A stretch of DNA of 64,000 nucleotides from Saprospiraceae bacterium (GCA_965249785.1 CBDFMU010000023.1:16499-80498); one strand, 5' to 3'; counted from the first letter of the stretch, positions 18,281-27,986 are shown. Numbers and translations: made by a program. The notes: a model not told the origin generated them from the sequence alone.

Positions 18281-19195
18281 ATGGGACTCAACAAAGCAGA
18301 GCTCAAGAGAATGATCACTTCCAGTTCTATGGAAACACTGGATTCCTTAGTAGGCTTAGTAAATAAGCATCAAGAAGAAGCTCAACTCGCCAACACATTG
18401 ATTGTTATACGTGGCGATCTGGTGGATATTGAGCGTATGTATCAAGTCCAGGTTAGTGATTACGACGAGTACCGTAGAGGATTGAACAAAATTAACCTGA
18501 ACTTACTGAAGATCATTGATGATCTGCCTAATCAGTATTTTGAAGAAAGCAGTGAAAGCGAACTTCGAGTTGATAAAACGTCGGTCATCACAGATCAACT
18601 TCGCCTACAGGTTTCTACTTTAATTAGAGATATTCTGGACATCAATATTCAGGAAAATCAAATAGGCAACGCTTATATTGCCTCTATTTTGAATCATAAA
18701 CGCCATATCATCCTCAGCCAAATCGTTAGACTGATTGAATCAAATAACATTTCCGTAGCCGGAGCAGAGTATATGGCGATAGCACTCGCTTATAGCAGTG
18801 TGCTGGATATGCTCAAAGCAGAGCAATATTTCAAGCGCGGCATTGAGAATATTGATGAATACACAGATTCTGCTTTTAGCAAACTCTATATTATCCGTAG
18901 TTATGCCGATTTTTTATACCGTAATAACCGCTACAGCGATGGAGCGAAGCAATATGAATCAGCCATATTGCAAGTTCAGGGCGATACGGATAATATTATG
19001 AATGGGTATACTTATCAAATGAAATTTGTCAATGAATGCGATATACAAGCCTATGAAGAGGCCCTGAAATCTTACCAAAAATCAAAAGACTATTATTCAA
19101 ACGTAGAAAACAAAGCCGCAAAAAAATATAATATGGAGCAACTTGAAGATGCCTGGAATACCAAACAGGTGCCCCCATTTTATAGCCGTCCATAG
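18281..19195 (+). CDS. hypothetical helical/TPR-like protein, low-GC orphan
   Basis: 304-aa intact ORF at about 38-42% GC (hand count of three lines), versus about 52% in the neighbouring gene. It has an N-terminal helical module and C-terminal TPR-like helices (AEYMAIALAYSSVLDMLKAEQYFKRGIENI..). Confidence 0.5.
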   Translation: MGLNKAELKRMITSSSMETLDSLVGLVNKHQEEAQLANTLIVIRGDLVDIERMYQVQVSDYDEYRRGLNKINLNLLKIIDDLPNQYFEESSESELRVDKTSVITDQLRLQVSTLIRDILDINIQENQIGNAYIASILNHKRHIILSQIVRLIESNNISVAGAEYMAIALAYSSVLDMLKAEQYFKRGIENIDEYTDSAFSKLYIIRSYADFLYRNNRYSDGAKQYESAILQVQGDTDNIMNGYTYQMKFVNECDIQAYEEALKSYQKSKDYYSNVENKAAKKYNMEQLEDAWNTKQVPPFYSRP

Positions 19196-19346
19196 AAAAA
19201 TTGCCTTCAGAGCGTCTGAAAAATGGCTTGCGAAGTACAAAAACATCCAACATAAACTACATCAGTAAGAAAGAAACAGGAGCCAAAGGATATAGTGTTC
19301 ACTATATCTTATTAGCAGCATAAAAGGCATTTCATCCAGTATCACT

Positions 19347-20807
19347 CTATTTCCCTTTTTTAGGCTTCTTAATTTCATATACTACTCCCACTTGCACACC
19401 GAAATTAAAGTAGCGCTGTACCAATACATAGTCAGCAGCAGAAACCGGATGTAGAGGCACCTGCGCATTGGCCGACAACTGCCAGCATAACTGATCGGTC
19501 ATCCGCCAATCATAAGCATATTCCGCCCAGAGACCTACGCCATTATGGCTGCGGAAGATGCTGCCATAAGTAGTGCTACCAGGCTTAATGGTCGTCAGGA
19601 GATTATATCTGTTGTACATGGTGCCATCAGCACGGAAAAGCAGGTTTATATCCATACCACCAGAGAGTTCCCAACCGCTTCTTGTACTAGTGTGCCGATA
19701 CCCAACACCAACCGGCCAATTAATAAAATGATAGTGGTTATAAGCGGTATTGGAATATTCTGTGGTTTTAATAACCGTTTTATTACCCGTAGTTTGTTCA
19801 ATGATGGTGCCAGCATTATCAACCGTTACGCTTAGAACGCCATTGATGTTTTCCGTTTCCGTTTTGTTATAGGCCAGGCGGAATTTCTCATTTGATTGTC
19901 TATAATTCAGCCCTGTTTTTAATACTAGTCTCCGATGAGTAGCAGAATAGAACATCCCAATGGTGTAAGATTCCAGCGTGTGTTCCGTTGTTTGCCGCTT
20001 TTTCAAATGACCGACTGGAGCCGTCGCGTCACTGCGCTCACTAAGGTGTTTGATTGCTAAGGCAGGCCCAGCTTGCATACCCAGATTATAGGTCCACGGA
20101 GACTTGAGTTTTTTCGATTTTTTGCGATGGACCGGCTTTTCCGGTGTTGTTTGCTCATCTCTATCGGCTATTTTCTCTTTTTTATCTTTATCTATTTTAT
20201 TATTATCTTCTAAATTTCGTCCTAATTCTTGCAGGATCGAAGTATCTGGAACTGAATCACGGTGTATTACTGCCAATGGCAGGCTAGCCAGTGGCAAAAG
20301 CGCGTTTGTTTCCCTGATAACTAATTCTGTATTAGTATTTATAATATTGCTATTATTTAAAGTAATTTCTTTTGAATTGATTGTTTCTAGCTCCGTCAAT
20401 TTCTTGGCTATACTATTAGCCGACCCGGCTGTTATAGTAGAAGGAGGCAGGACTGTCTTCTTAAGATTTATATGCTGCACATTCGCTTGTTTAGTAGAAA
20501 CAGACGGCGCAGCAACCGTTTTTTCCTGAGCTGGAGCTTTCGCTGCCCTACCCTGCCCGACTTTTTCAAGGGGCAATGAAGTACTAGTCTGATGAATAGA
20601 AGAACTAGTATGTTGCCATTCGTGTCTTCCAACAAAGAGCAACAGGAAAGCCAGACCCAAGCCCGAGAAAAACCAGATGATAGCCCGGCGTTTTTTTTTC
20701 TTTTTGAGCTGTGGCTCTATATTTTCCCAAATAGTATCGGTATCTGCTTCCAGACGATGCTGCTCGAACGCGATCTTAATCCGCTCCTCAAAGTTATTAA
20801 TATCCAT
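19347..20807 (-). CDS. membrane protein co-transcribed with ECF sigma (anti-sigma-like N-terminus, single TM, beta-barrel-like C-terminal domain)
   Basis: Starts 4 nt after the sigma gene. KKKKKRRAIIWFFSGLGLAFLLLFVG is a TM segment. The C-terminal ~230 aa show an alternating beta-strand pattern (FNFGVQVGVVYEI). Confidence 0.55.
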   Translation of the reverse strand: MDINNFEERIKIAFEQHRLEADTDTIWENIEPQLKKKKKRRAIIWFFSGLGLAFLLLFVGRHEWQHTSSSIHQTSTSLPLEKVGQGRAAKAPAQEKTVAAPSVSTKQANVQHINLKKTVLPPSTITAGSANSIAKKLTELETINSKEITLNNSNIINTNTELVIRETNALLPLASLPLAVIHRDSVPDTSILQELGRNLEDNNKIDKDKKEKIADRDEQTTPEKPVHRKKSKKLKSPWTYNLGMQAGPALAIKHLSERSDATAPVGHLKKRQTTEHTLESYTIGMFYSATHRRLVLKTGLNYRQSNEKFRLAYNKTETENINGVLSVTVDNAGTIIEQTTGNKTVIKTTEYSNTAYNHYHFINWPVGVGYRHTSTRSGWELSGGMDINLLFRADGTMYNRYNLLTTIKPGSTTYGSIFRSHNGVGLWAEYAYDWRMTDQLCWQLSANAQVPLHPVSAADYVLVQRYFNFGVQVGVVYEIKKPKKGK

Positions 20808-20810
20808 GAT

Positions 20811-21344
20811 TCAGTTATTCAATGCTTCTTTTTTTAAAATAATATCCTGCAATGTGACTCTGGCGCGCGTCAACAGGGTGCGAGAGTGGCTCGCCGCAAT
20901 GTTTAGTTCCCGCCCAACCTCTGCATGCGTGTAGCCATCCAATACGTTCATATTGAAGACAATACGCTGATTATCGGGCAGGCGGTCAAGCACCTTCAGG
21001 ATTTCTTCGACCCCCATTTTACTGTATACGTCGGGAAATTCGCCGGGATCAGGGCCATTTTCCAGTGACTCCAAAACGACACTCTTTTTTCGGAATTTTT
21101 GCAAACAAACATTGACCGCAATGCGCTGGCACCAATACCTGAATTCCTTTTCACCGCCGCGAAACTGGTCTATGTTATTAAAAATTAGGATCAATGCCTC
21201 TTGTACACTATCCTGTACATCAGATTTCTCATAGCGTTTGCAGACCGACGACAGGAAAGGTGCCAGCAGATCAACCATCTGCCGTTGCGCCTTCCGCTCG
21301 AAGTTTCTGCAAAATTTTAATAGTTGGTTGAAATCGGGCTGCAT
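20811..21344 (-). CDS. ECF-type RNA polymerase sigma-70 family factor
   Basis: Region 2 (QEALILIFNNIDQFRGGEKEFRYWCQRIAVNVCL) and region 4 (LPDNQRIVFNMNVLDGYTHAEVGRELNIAASHSRTLLTRAR). Confidence 0.85.
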   Translation of the reverse strand: MQPDFNQLLKFCRNFERKAQRQMVDLLAPFLSSVCKRYEKSDVQDSVQEALILIFNNIDQFRGGEKEFRYWCQRIAVNVCLQKFRKKSVVLESLENGPDPGEFPDVYSKMGVEEILKVLDRLPDNQRIVFNMNVLDGYTHAEVGRELNIAASHSRTLLTRARVTLQDIILKKEALNN

Positions 21345-21399
21345 CTAAGTAGGTGTACAAAAATTAAATATTAAATTAGCATAACTCATTGATCACTGT

Positions 21400-21487
21400 T
21401 ATAGTCGGTTTGGAGCAGACGTTGAGAGGTTGAGATATTTCATTGTCAGCACTTTACCTTTGTTCAAACCATTCTACATTGACTCTA
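21400..21487 (-). repeat. GTTGAGA-box element, copy C
   Basis: TATAGTCGGTTTGGAGCAGACGTTGAGAGGTTGAGATATTTCATTGTCAGCACTTTACCTTTGTTCAAACCATTCTACATTGACTCTA. It lies directly after the stop of the minus-strand gene 21504..23249. Confidence 0.75.
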
Positions 21488-21503
21488 CCAAATCGCTTAT
21501 TCC

Positions 21504-23249
21504 TTATAGTTCCTTTTTGACCTTGAAATCACCACTAATAGAGTGTGCATTACTAAAAGCGTCGTAGGCCGTACCGAAAATAGTTCCACTAATAAACTGG
21601 CCATCGTCGGTAGTTATATGGACGGTAATATCCGGGCTAGAAGCATCCAAGGTCAGATATATCGGCGCATCAGGATTATCAATTAAGTGAAAAAATGTAT
21701 TCACGCTATATTGACCTACACCTGCATATTCGCGCAACTCAATACTAAATGTGCCGCCGACGGTAAGTCCTTCTAACACCATCCAATTAGTGGTGACGTT
21801 ATTTTTCAGATAAAAGCGCGTTGGTGCGGCATTATACACCATAGCGTCGGCAGTAAGATGGATATAATCGCCTGGGTCTTCACAGGCTACCAAGGTGCCC
21901 AAATTTGCTGCGCTATCGTCGCTATGCAATTGCACCGAAGTTGATTTAAAGGTAGTCAAATCATAGCCAGTAATTTGTAATTCCGGAAATTGGATGCAGT
22001 TCAAAGCCAAATCAAAACTGAATGCACCGGGCGCACTGAGCGGAAACAGGCGAATTTTTCCGGGGTATTGCACCTCAATCTGTCCCTGCGTCACTGGCGA
22101 ACCCAGACAATCATTTAATTGACCAGATACGTGGATAAAATACTGCTGCAAAGTCTCGTTCAGATAAATATTTCCCAAGTTAGTGTCCATCGAATAAGGG
22201 CCGATATTCGCTGTGTATAGAATGTTGTCGCAGAGGTCTTTAACCGTTATTTTCAACGGCGCACCTTTTGGCACCGAACCGCAGAAAAATCCGTTGATAT
22301 CGGTATAACCCCAATAAATAAAATTGTCGGTGAGGTCTTCTACAATTACTTTAGTGTACAATGCTGGCGTGCTATCGCTTTGAAAAAAAGTCCCCGATAA
22401 ACAAATTGATTCTAATGCAACGTCACAATTCCAGTAGCCGCCCTGACCAACGCCACATTGGTAACTTCCGCCCGACTTGTGACAGGTGCCTTTCTGCAAC
22501 CAGCGTTCTTCTTCCAGATCGAAATACCAGAGGGGAATTTCCTGCGGTGCGGCGGCCGCGAGGGCGGCAGGAATGGGAATCTCGACCTCTACAACTTTGT
22601 TATCTTTCAACACCAGTTCTTGTCCAGCGTCCGTTTTCAGGTCGAGGGCGACCATGCCGTAAGTAGCCAGCACCCTTTCCTGACCATCTTCATTACGTGC
22701 CATCAGGGAGCCAGGCATGGTAGCACCCAGATTAGGATCAGTCGGATCGAGCCAGCGCGCAGATACCTGTACCAAACCTGTGTAGTCTTCCCCATTGGTG
22801 CGCTGCAGACTATTGGGAGCAATGGTCGTTTTTAAGCCGCCAGCCCAGCTAAGGGTTGCGTTGAAGCCACTATTCACCGTCTGTGACGCGCCTTTTTCCA
22901 TTAAAGTAATCCGTACATATTGTTTCCCATTGGCGCGGTTGCCACTCATCGAGGAACCAATAAAATAGCCCGCTTTTTCTACCTTTACCAGTGCGGCAGC
23001 TTTGGGTGCTTTCACATTTTTAAATTCAAAAAGCCCCTTCGAGTCGGTCGTCGTATTAGAATTATAAATACTTACGCGGGCACCAGATACAGGCTGACCA
23101 TTTTCATCGAGCACTTTGCCCTGGAAGGAGCTGACCACCAGTACTATCGGCGGTGCTTCTTTAATAGTCACTTTATCAATTAATTCATTCTTGCGGCAGC
23201 CAAAAAGCAACACTAAGGCAAGCAGGGAAAATAGGCGTATATTCAACAT
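21504..23249 (-). CDS. lipoprotein with carboxypeptidase-regulatory-like (CarboxypepD_reg) N-domain, function unknown
   Basis: Lipobox LLFGC, and GKVLDENGQPVSGARVSIYNSNTTTDSKGLFEF. Confidence 0.55.
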   Translation of the reverse strand: MLNIRLFSLLALVLLFGCRKNELIDKVTIKEAPPIVLVVSSFQGKVLDENGQPVSGARVSIYNSNTTTDSKGLFEFKNVKAPKAAALVKVEKAGYFIGSSMSGNRANGKQYVRITLMEKGASQTVNSGFNATLSWAGGLKTTIAPNSLQRTNGEDYTGLVQVSARWLDPTDPNLGATMPGSLMARNEDGQERVLATYGMVALDLKTDAGQELVLKDNKVVEVEIPIPAALAAAAPQEIPLWYFDLEEERWLQKGTCHKSGGSYQCGVGQGGYWNCDVALESICLSGTFFQSDSTPALYTKVIVEDLTDNFIYWGYTDINGFFCGSVPKGAPLKITVKDLCDNILYTANIGPYSMDTNLGNIYLNETLQQYFIHVSGQLNDCLGSPVTQGQIEVQYPGKIRLFPLSAPGAFSFDLALNCIQFPELQITGYDLTTFKSTSVQLHSDDSAANLGTLVACEDPGDYIHLTADAMVYNAAPTRFYLKNNVTTNWMVLEGLTVGGTFSIELREYAGVGQYSVNTFFHLIDNPDAPIYLTLDASSPDITVHITTDDGQFISGTIFGTAYDAFSNAHSISGDFKVKKEL

Positions 23250-23533
23250 TTTAGCAAGTTTGTAGCGTAGTAAAAAGGCTTGTTTGGACCGTCCTTGGTA
23301 ATAAAGATGTTGGAAGACGGAAAAACGCTACACTTGCTCAACGGAAAGGTAAATATATAGGAATGGGAGAGCAGCAAAAGCACTCATTCCCGCTACAAAA
23401 TAACAGGCTGGATAGCGCAATTAATGTACTTGTAATTAAATTGTTATTAAAACCTAACTAGAAAATCATTGAGCAAATGAAAACCACTGCAATCTGTGGT
23501 TGCCCCATGCATCCTACACCACATAGCCAGCAC

Positions 23534-25609
23534 TTACCCTTTCGTACAGCCTAGAAATATCGCCGACACGAAGAAAGTACGCCCCCAATGCACGGGCCGT
23601 AAGTCGCCTTCCATATGACCAAGTTCATCGCTGCCCCCGGAGCGGATCTGGCGTTTGTCAAGGATGTTTTTCACACCCACGTTGAGGCGAATTTTACGTT
23701 GGAAAAAACTGCTGCCGAGCGAAGCATTTAGTAAGTGCCAGCCTTCTGATTCGCCCTGTTTTACTTCGCCCGCGTCTTCAAAAAAGAATGGTGTCTTGCC
23801 GGTCATTTTGTGCCAGACGTTGAGGTTGGCTTTCTGCTTGAAAAAGGAAATGGTCAGATCATTCGCCCAATCGGGCGACCAGTTGAGGGTGCGCAGTGCA
23901 GCATCATCTTCTGAATACGAATTGAAGAAGCCGGTCACGACCAAGTCCGAGCGGAAGCGCAGCCAGTCGCGGAAAGTGGCCGTAAAGCCCAGGCTGCCAC
24001 CCATCGTTTCCCAGCGTTTCAGGTTGGCGTAGGTGTACTGTACCGGAGCAAATTCGGAGAGAATAATGCGGTCGCGGACGGTGTTGTAAAAGCCGGATAA
24101 TTGACCCTGCAAAAACCACGAATCTTTAAGACCGCTCGATGTACTCCCCCCCTTCATAGGGGGGACGGGGGGGGCTGACAAAATATTCCACTTCACTTCA
24201 CCGCGCAAGTTATTCGACCGCTCCGGCAGCAGATCAGGGCTACCAACAATGTAGTGATTGATGTCTATGAAGTTGAAATACAATTCTTTAAGTCCCGGCG
24301 AACGAAAACCATTGGCATAAGAGAAGCGTACTTGCCAACGAGTGGCGGGTTGCCAGAGTAACCAGACGGAAGGCGTGACTGCCGCGCCGTAGAGTTTATT
24401 TTGCGTCCAGCGCGCACCGCCTTGCAGGGTCAGTTTTTTTTGAAAAAAGTTGACTTTGGCACTGGCAAAAAGGCCGAAATCATTGCCCGTAGCGCGACCC
24501 GTTTCGGCGGCAGTGGAATCGACGATGCGCACGCCTTCGGCGGTTTCGGCGTAGTTTTCTGCACCAATCAAAAAGTTCCAGCGGCGATCCTGGCGGTCAG
24601 TGGCCAGCGTGGCGCGAGCGAGCAACCCGTCGGCGGATGAAGTGTCTTGTTGGCCTTCGAGCAGGGTTTTTACTTCTTCATTAAAATCGAAACGATAGGA
24701 GTTTTTGATGCGGGCAAAGCGATTCCAACCGACAGTAGTTTGCCAGAACGTGCGATTTTTTAGCCAACCTTCGCCGTGCAGCGTGGCATCGGAGCGATCG
24801 GTATTATAATAATCGTCGAAAGCGTAGGGCTTGTACTGCGGACGGCGGAGGTCGCCGAGGTTGTCTACTTTTTCAGAAAAAAGCCCGCCGGAGAGACTAA
24901 TATCGAATTTCTCGGAGGGCGAGAAGCGCAGCACCGCGCGGCCAGCGGTTTGGGTCTTGGGATTCCAGAGTTGGTCGCGCCCCAAGGAGGTGTCGGCCTT
25001 TGGCTGAAAATCAAGTTGATTGCCGGTGATTTGAAGCAGGAATTTGCCCATGTGCGCACCGAGGCGGCCCTGCAAATTGCGGAAGCCATTGCTTTCCAGT
25101 TGTGTGTTGGCTTCGGCCTCAAAACGGTGGGCCTGGCTTTTGCGGGTTACTAAATTAATAACCCCCGCCGAGGCTTCCGAACCGTACAGCAATGATTGTG
25201 CGCCTTCAATAATTTCTACCTGCTGTACTGCGCCGAGCGGTAATTGACCAGCATCTACGCTACCATTTAGTCTTCCTACCACGGGAACGCCGTCCACTAG
25301 CACCTTTACGTTTTCACCGCGCAAGCCGTTGATACTCAATGCGCTGCCGAGTATGGCATCCTGACTGAGCCGAATATTGGGTTCGGTTTGCAGTAATTCT
25401 TCCAGATTAACCGCCGCCCGGTTTTCAATGGTCGCGCGATTGATGACGCGCACGGAATTGACAGTTTGGCGGACATCGGTAGGCGCGAACTGGGCGGTGA
25501 TAACGACCTGCTCCAACTGCTGCCCCTTTAAAGAATCGGGCTGAGATTGCGCAATTATTAGTAATTGGCAGAAAAGAAAGGAGACGGCGAGAGCGGCACG
25601 TAGAGGCAT
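23534..25609 (-). CDS. TonB-dependent receptor (possibly heme/hemophore-linked, given the HmuY-like neighbour)
   Basis: Signal peptide. Plug motifs VVITAQ..VRVINRATIENRAAVNLEELL and VKVLVDGVPVVGR, EIIEGAQSLLYGSEASAGVINLVT, and a C-terminal barrel. Confidence 0.8.
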   Translation of the reverse strand: MPLRAALAVSFLFCQLLIIAQSQPDSLKGQQLEQVVITAQFAPTDVRQTVNSVRVINRATIENRAAVNLEELLQTEPNIRLSQDAILGSALSINGLRGENVKVLVDGVPVVGRLNGSVDAGQLPLGAVQQVEIIEGAQSLLYGSEASAGVINLVTRKSQAHRFEAEANTQLESNGFRNLQGRLGAHMGKFLLQITGNQLDFQPKADTSLGRDQLWNPKTQTAGRAVLRFSPSEKFDISLSGGLFSEKVDNLGDLRRPQYKPYAFDDYYNTDRSDATLHGEGWLKNRTFWQTTVGWNRFARIKNSYRFDFNEEVKTLLEGQQDTSSADGLLARATLATDRQDRRWNFLIGAENYAETAEGVRIVDSTAAETGRATGNDFGLFASAKVNFFQKKLTLQGGARWTQNKLYGAAVTPSVWLLWQPATRWQVRFSYANGFRSPGLKELYFNFIDINHYIVGSPDLLPERSNNLRGEVKWNILSAPPVPPMKGGSTSSGLKDSWFLQGQLSGFYNTVRDRIILSEFAPVQYTYANLKRWETMGGSLGFTATFRDWLRFRSDLVVTGFFNSYSEDDAALRTLNWSPDWANDLTISFFKQKANLNVWHKMTGKTPFFFEDAGEVKQGESEGWHLLNASLGSSFFQRKIRLNVGVKNILDKRQIRSGGSDELGHMEGDLRPVHWGRTFFVSAIFLGCTKG
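24146..24174. repeat. homopolymer hairpin inside the receptor CDS (plus strand C7-TTCATA-G6-AC-G8)
   Basis: CCCCCCC TTCATA GGGGGG AC GGGGGGGG. It is translated in frame on the minus strand as SAPPVPPMKGGS. Confidence 0.9.
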
Positions 25610-25677
25610 TGCTGGAAGATTTCGGCAAAAATAGCGCGAGTCCCCCCTGGAAAGGAGACTCGCAGCACTATTGCTAA

Positions 25678-26967
25678 TTACAATTTAATGATTTTACCCA
25701 AATTCACTTCTTGCTGCGGTAAGATCAGCCGCAAAGTCAACATGCCAGCACTCCAATTGCCAGCCGAAAGTTGAATGGCCTGAAAACCTTCGCTCAATGT
25801 CACCGATTGGCGAGCAACCAGACGGCCCTGCAAATCCACGACTTCCAGTTGACCAGTTTTTGCCAAAGCAGCCGGAACATCCAACACGACAGTCAGTTGA
25901 TCTTGCACTGGATTCGGATAAGTAGCCACTTTCAAACCCAAGGCAGCGGGGTCTTTCACGGCGGTAATAATGCCTAAATCTGTTTTTTCAAACACGGCTT
26001 TACCCGTGCTACTGCCTTCAAAGTCAATAAATTGTATTTTCCAGACACGATCTTCGGCGGTTTTTAAAAAGAAAACCCGGTCTTCATCAATGCTCCAGGC
26101 AGTGCCACTAAAAGTCTTCCAGTCGTAACCAATCGCATCCAACTCGCTACGCAGGCTGTCTTTATACTCAGCATACGTGACGGTAGTCGGGTCTACGCCG
26201 TTTGCTTCGGCCACTTTTGCGCCGCGCCCATGCAAAACGCCCGTTACGTTATAAGGAATAAGGGTCATGGAACCCGGATCATACAGCCAGGTAGTGTAGC
26301 GGCAATAGAGCAGATCGAAGCCGCCCGCTGGTTCTACATCGACGGTAGAGCCGGTGTCGAAACTGAAATAAGCCAGCGTTTTGCCGGCGTGATCGGCTTT
26401 ATTAATGGTCTTGGTTTGCAAATCCGTGCCGTCCAGATTAGCATATTTGAAAGTGTAAGTAGTGCCAATGAGCGACTCAATTTTGAGTTTGCGATATTGG
26501 CCATTATGCAGTTTTACGACGTACACCTGGTTGCCAATCACTTGATTCGTCTGGAAATTGTATTGGCCCCAACCGTAATCAAAGGCGTTGAGCGTGTCGC
26601 GCACTTCATTGAACGCGCCATAACTCCACGATTTTTCACTGTTATATAATCGAAAATCGGTCAGCGAAGTAGCATCAATTACGTCATCAAAGTTATCAGT
26701 AAGTGCCTGATACACTTCGGTTGATGCCACTGGTTGGCCCGCGCTGGTACCCGAACTTTCATTGACAAACACGCCCGCATCCTGCTGGCCAAAGACGGTG
26801 AAAGCCATATCCCAGGCCGTGTTGTCAACCAGCTTTTCGATGCCAGTCGACAGGTTGACGAAACTTTGTTTTTGATAACCCGCGCCCGTGGCAATTTCCT
26901 GAACATCCTGGGCAAAAAGAGCGGCACTCAGTGAAAGTGCCAGCGAAAGGGTAAGTAGTTGTTTCAT
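25678..26967 (-). CDS. HmuY-like domain protein with T9SS C-terminal sorting domain
   Basis: From ATG 26967: signal MKQLLTLSLALSLSAALFAQ, the NTAWDMAF motif recalled from the HmuY family, and a C-terminus TYPNPVQDQLTVVLD..LGKIIKL typical of the Por secretion tail. Confidence 0.55.
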   Translation of the reverse strand: MKQLLTLSLALSLSAALFAQDVQEIATGAGYQKQSFVNLSTGIEKLVDNTAWDMAFTVFGQQDAGVFVNESSGTSAGQPVASTEVYQALTDNFDDVIDATSLTDFRLYNSEKSWSYGAFNEVRDTLNAFDYGWGQYNFQTNQVIGNQVYVVKLHNGQYRKLKIESLIGTTYTFKYANLDGTDLQTKTINKADHAGKTLAYFSFDTGSTVDVEPAGGFDLLYCRYTTWLYDPGSMTLIPYNVTGVLHGRGAKVAEANGVDPTTVTYAEYKDSLRSELDAIGYDWKTFSGTAWSIDEDRVFFLKTAEDRVWKIQFIDFEGSSTGKAVFEKTDLGIITAVKDPAALGLKVATYPNPVQDQLTVVLDVPAALAKTGQLEVVDLQGRLVARQSVTLSEGFQAIQLSAGNWSAGMLTLRLILPQQEVNLGKIIKL

Positions 26968-27183
26968 GTGTAAGGAAGTGTTTTTGAATGTGATTAGAAT
27001 AGCCGCTGAGTACCCCCGCGAGCGAAAAATTATAAACGGCTCAAAAGTCACGTTTCTATTTGGATTGGTTCTACACAATTCAGTATTCTCGTGTCAAACG
27101 AATGTCATATTCTTTAAATAGTTGCTTTTCAATTATTTATAATTTATTAAAAATCAAATTAGGTGAAGTTTTTGAAAAATAGA

Positions 27184-27191
27184 TAGTTTTG
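27184..27191 (+). promoter_or_regulatory. possible -7 promoter box TAGTTTTG
   Basis: Matches TAnnTTTG, 23 nt upstream of ATG 27214. The -33 element is not convincing. Confidence 0.3.
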
Positions 27192-27213
27192 TTCGCTAAA
27201 ACTTCCTTCTACC

Positions 27214-27972
27214 ATGCGCATCGTCCAGCTGACTGATTTACACTTGCCTCCCACCGATGTCAAAACCGATCTCGGCGTTGATACGCGACGCAATTTTCTG
27301 GAAATGTTGCCCCGCGTGGTTGCCTTGCAACCAGACCTCATTGTACTAAGCGGCGATCTCTGTTACGATACTGCCGATACGCCGACTTATGATTGGGTGC
27401 GGGAACACATGGACGCTTTGGGCCTGCGTTATGCAGTAATTGCTGGCAATCACGACGATTCTTCGCTGCTGGGTGCAGCTTTTGGATTATTAGTGCAACA
27501 AAAGGAAGTCTACTTTACCCAACAAGTTAATCGACAGCAAATCCTGTTTCTGGATACCGCCGTAGCGACGATTAGCGATGCCCAACTGGCGTGGGTGGAG
27601 GAACAGCTGAATACCCTGAAAGGCCCGCTTTTGTTGTTTATGCACCATCCAACGTTTCTCATGGGTACGCCTTTTATGGATGAGAATTGGCCATTTCGTC
27701 GCTCCGAAGATTTGATGGCCGTTTTGTCACGCTACCCCGCCCCTATATATGTTTTCTGCGGACATTATCATACCGAACGCGTGGCTTATGCTGATAATGT
27801 GAGCGTACACATTACGCCGTCGCTGTACTTTCAACTGGATTCTGAATCGGAAAAACCTGCTGTAGAACATACACGCATTGCTTTACGGATTATTGATTTT
27901 GAAGGGGAAAAACTAGTTACTTCGGTGAAGTATTTCGACGGCAATCTAAATGGTATAACTCATAACTTATAA
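27214..27972 (+). CDS. metallophosphoesterase (CpdA-like cyclic nucleotide phosphodiesterase family)
   Basis: MRIVQLTDLHL, VLSGDL, IAGNHDD, MHHP and GHYH motif series. Confidence 0.8.
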   Translation: MRIVQLTDLHLPPTDVKTDLGVDTRRNFLEMLPRVVALQPDLIVLSGDLCYDTADTPTYDWVREHMDALGLRYAVIAGNHDDSSLLGAAFGLLVQQKEVYFTQQVNRQQILFLDTAVATISDAQLAWVEEQLNTLKGPLLLFMHHPTFLMGTPFMDENWPFRRSEDLMAVLSRYPAPIYVFCGHYHTERVAYADNVSVHITPSLYFQLDSESEKPAVEHTRIALRIIDFEGEKLVTSVKYFDGNLNGITHNL

Positions 27973-27986
27973 CTCATAACTACTTT

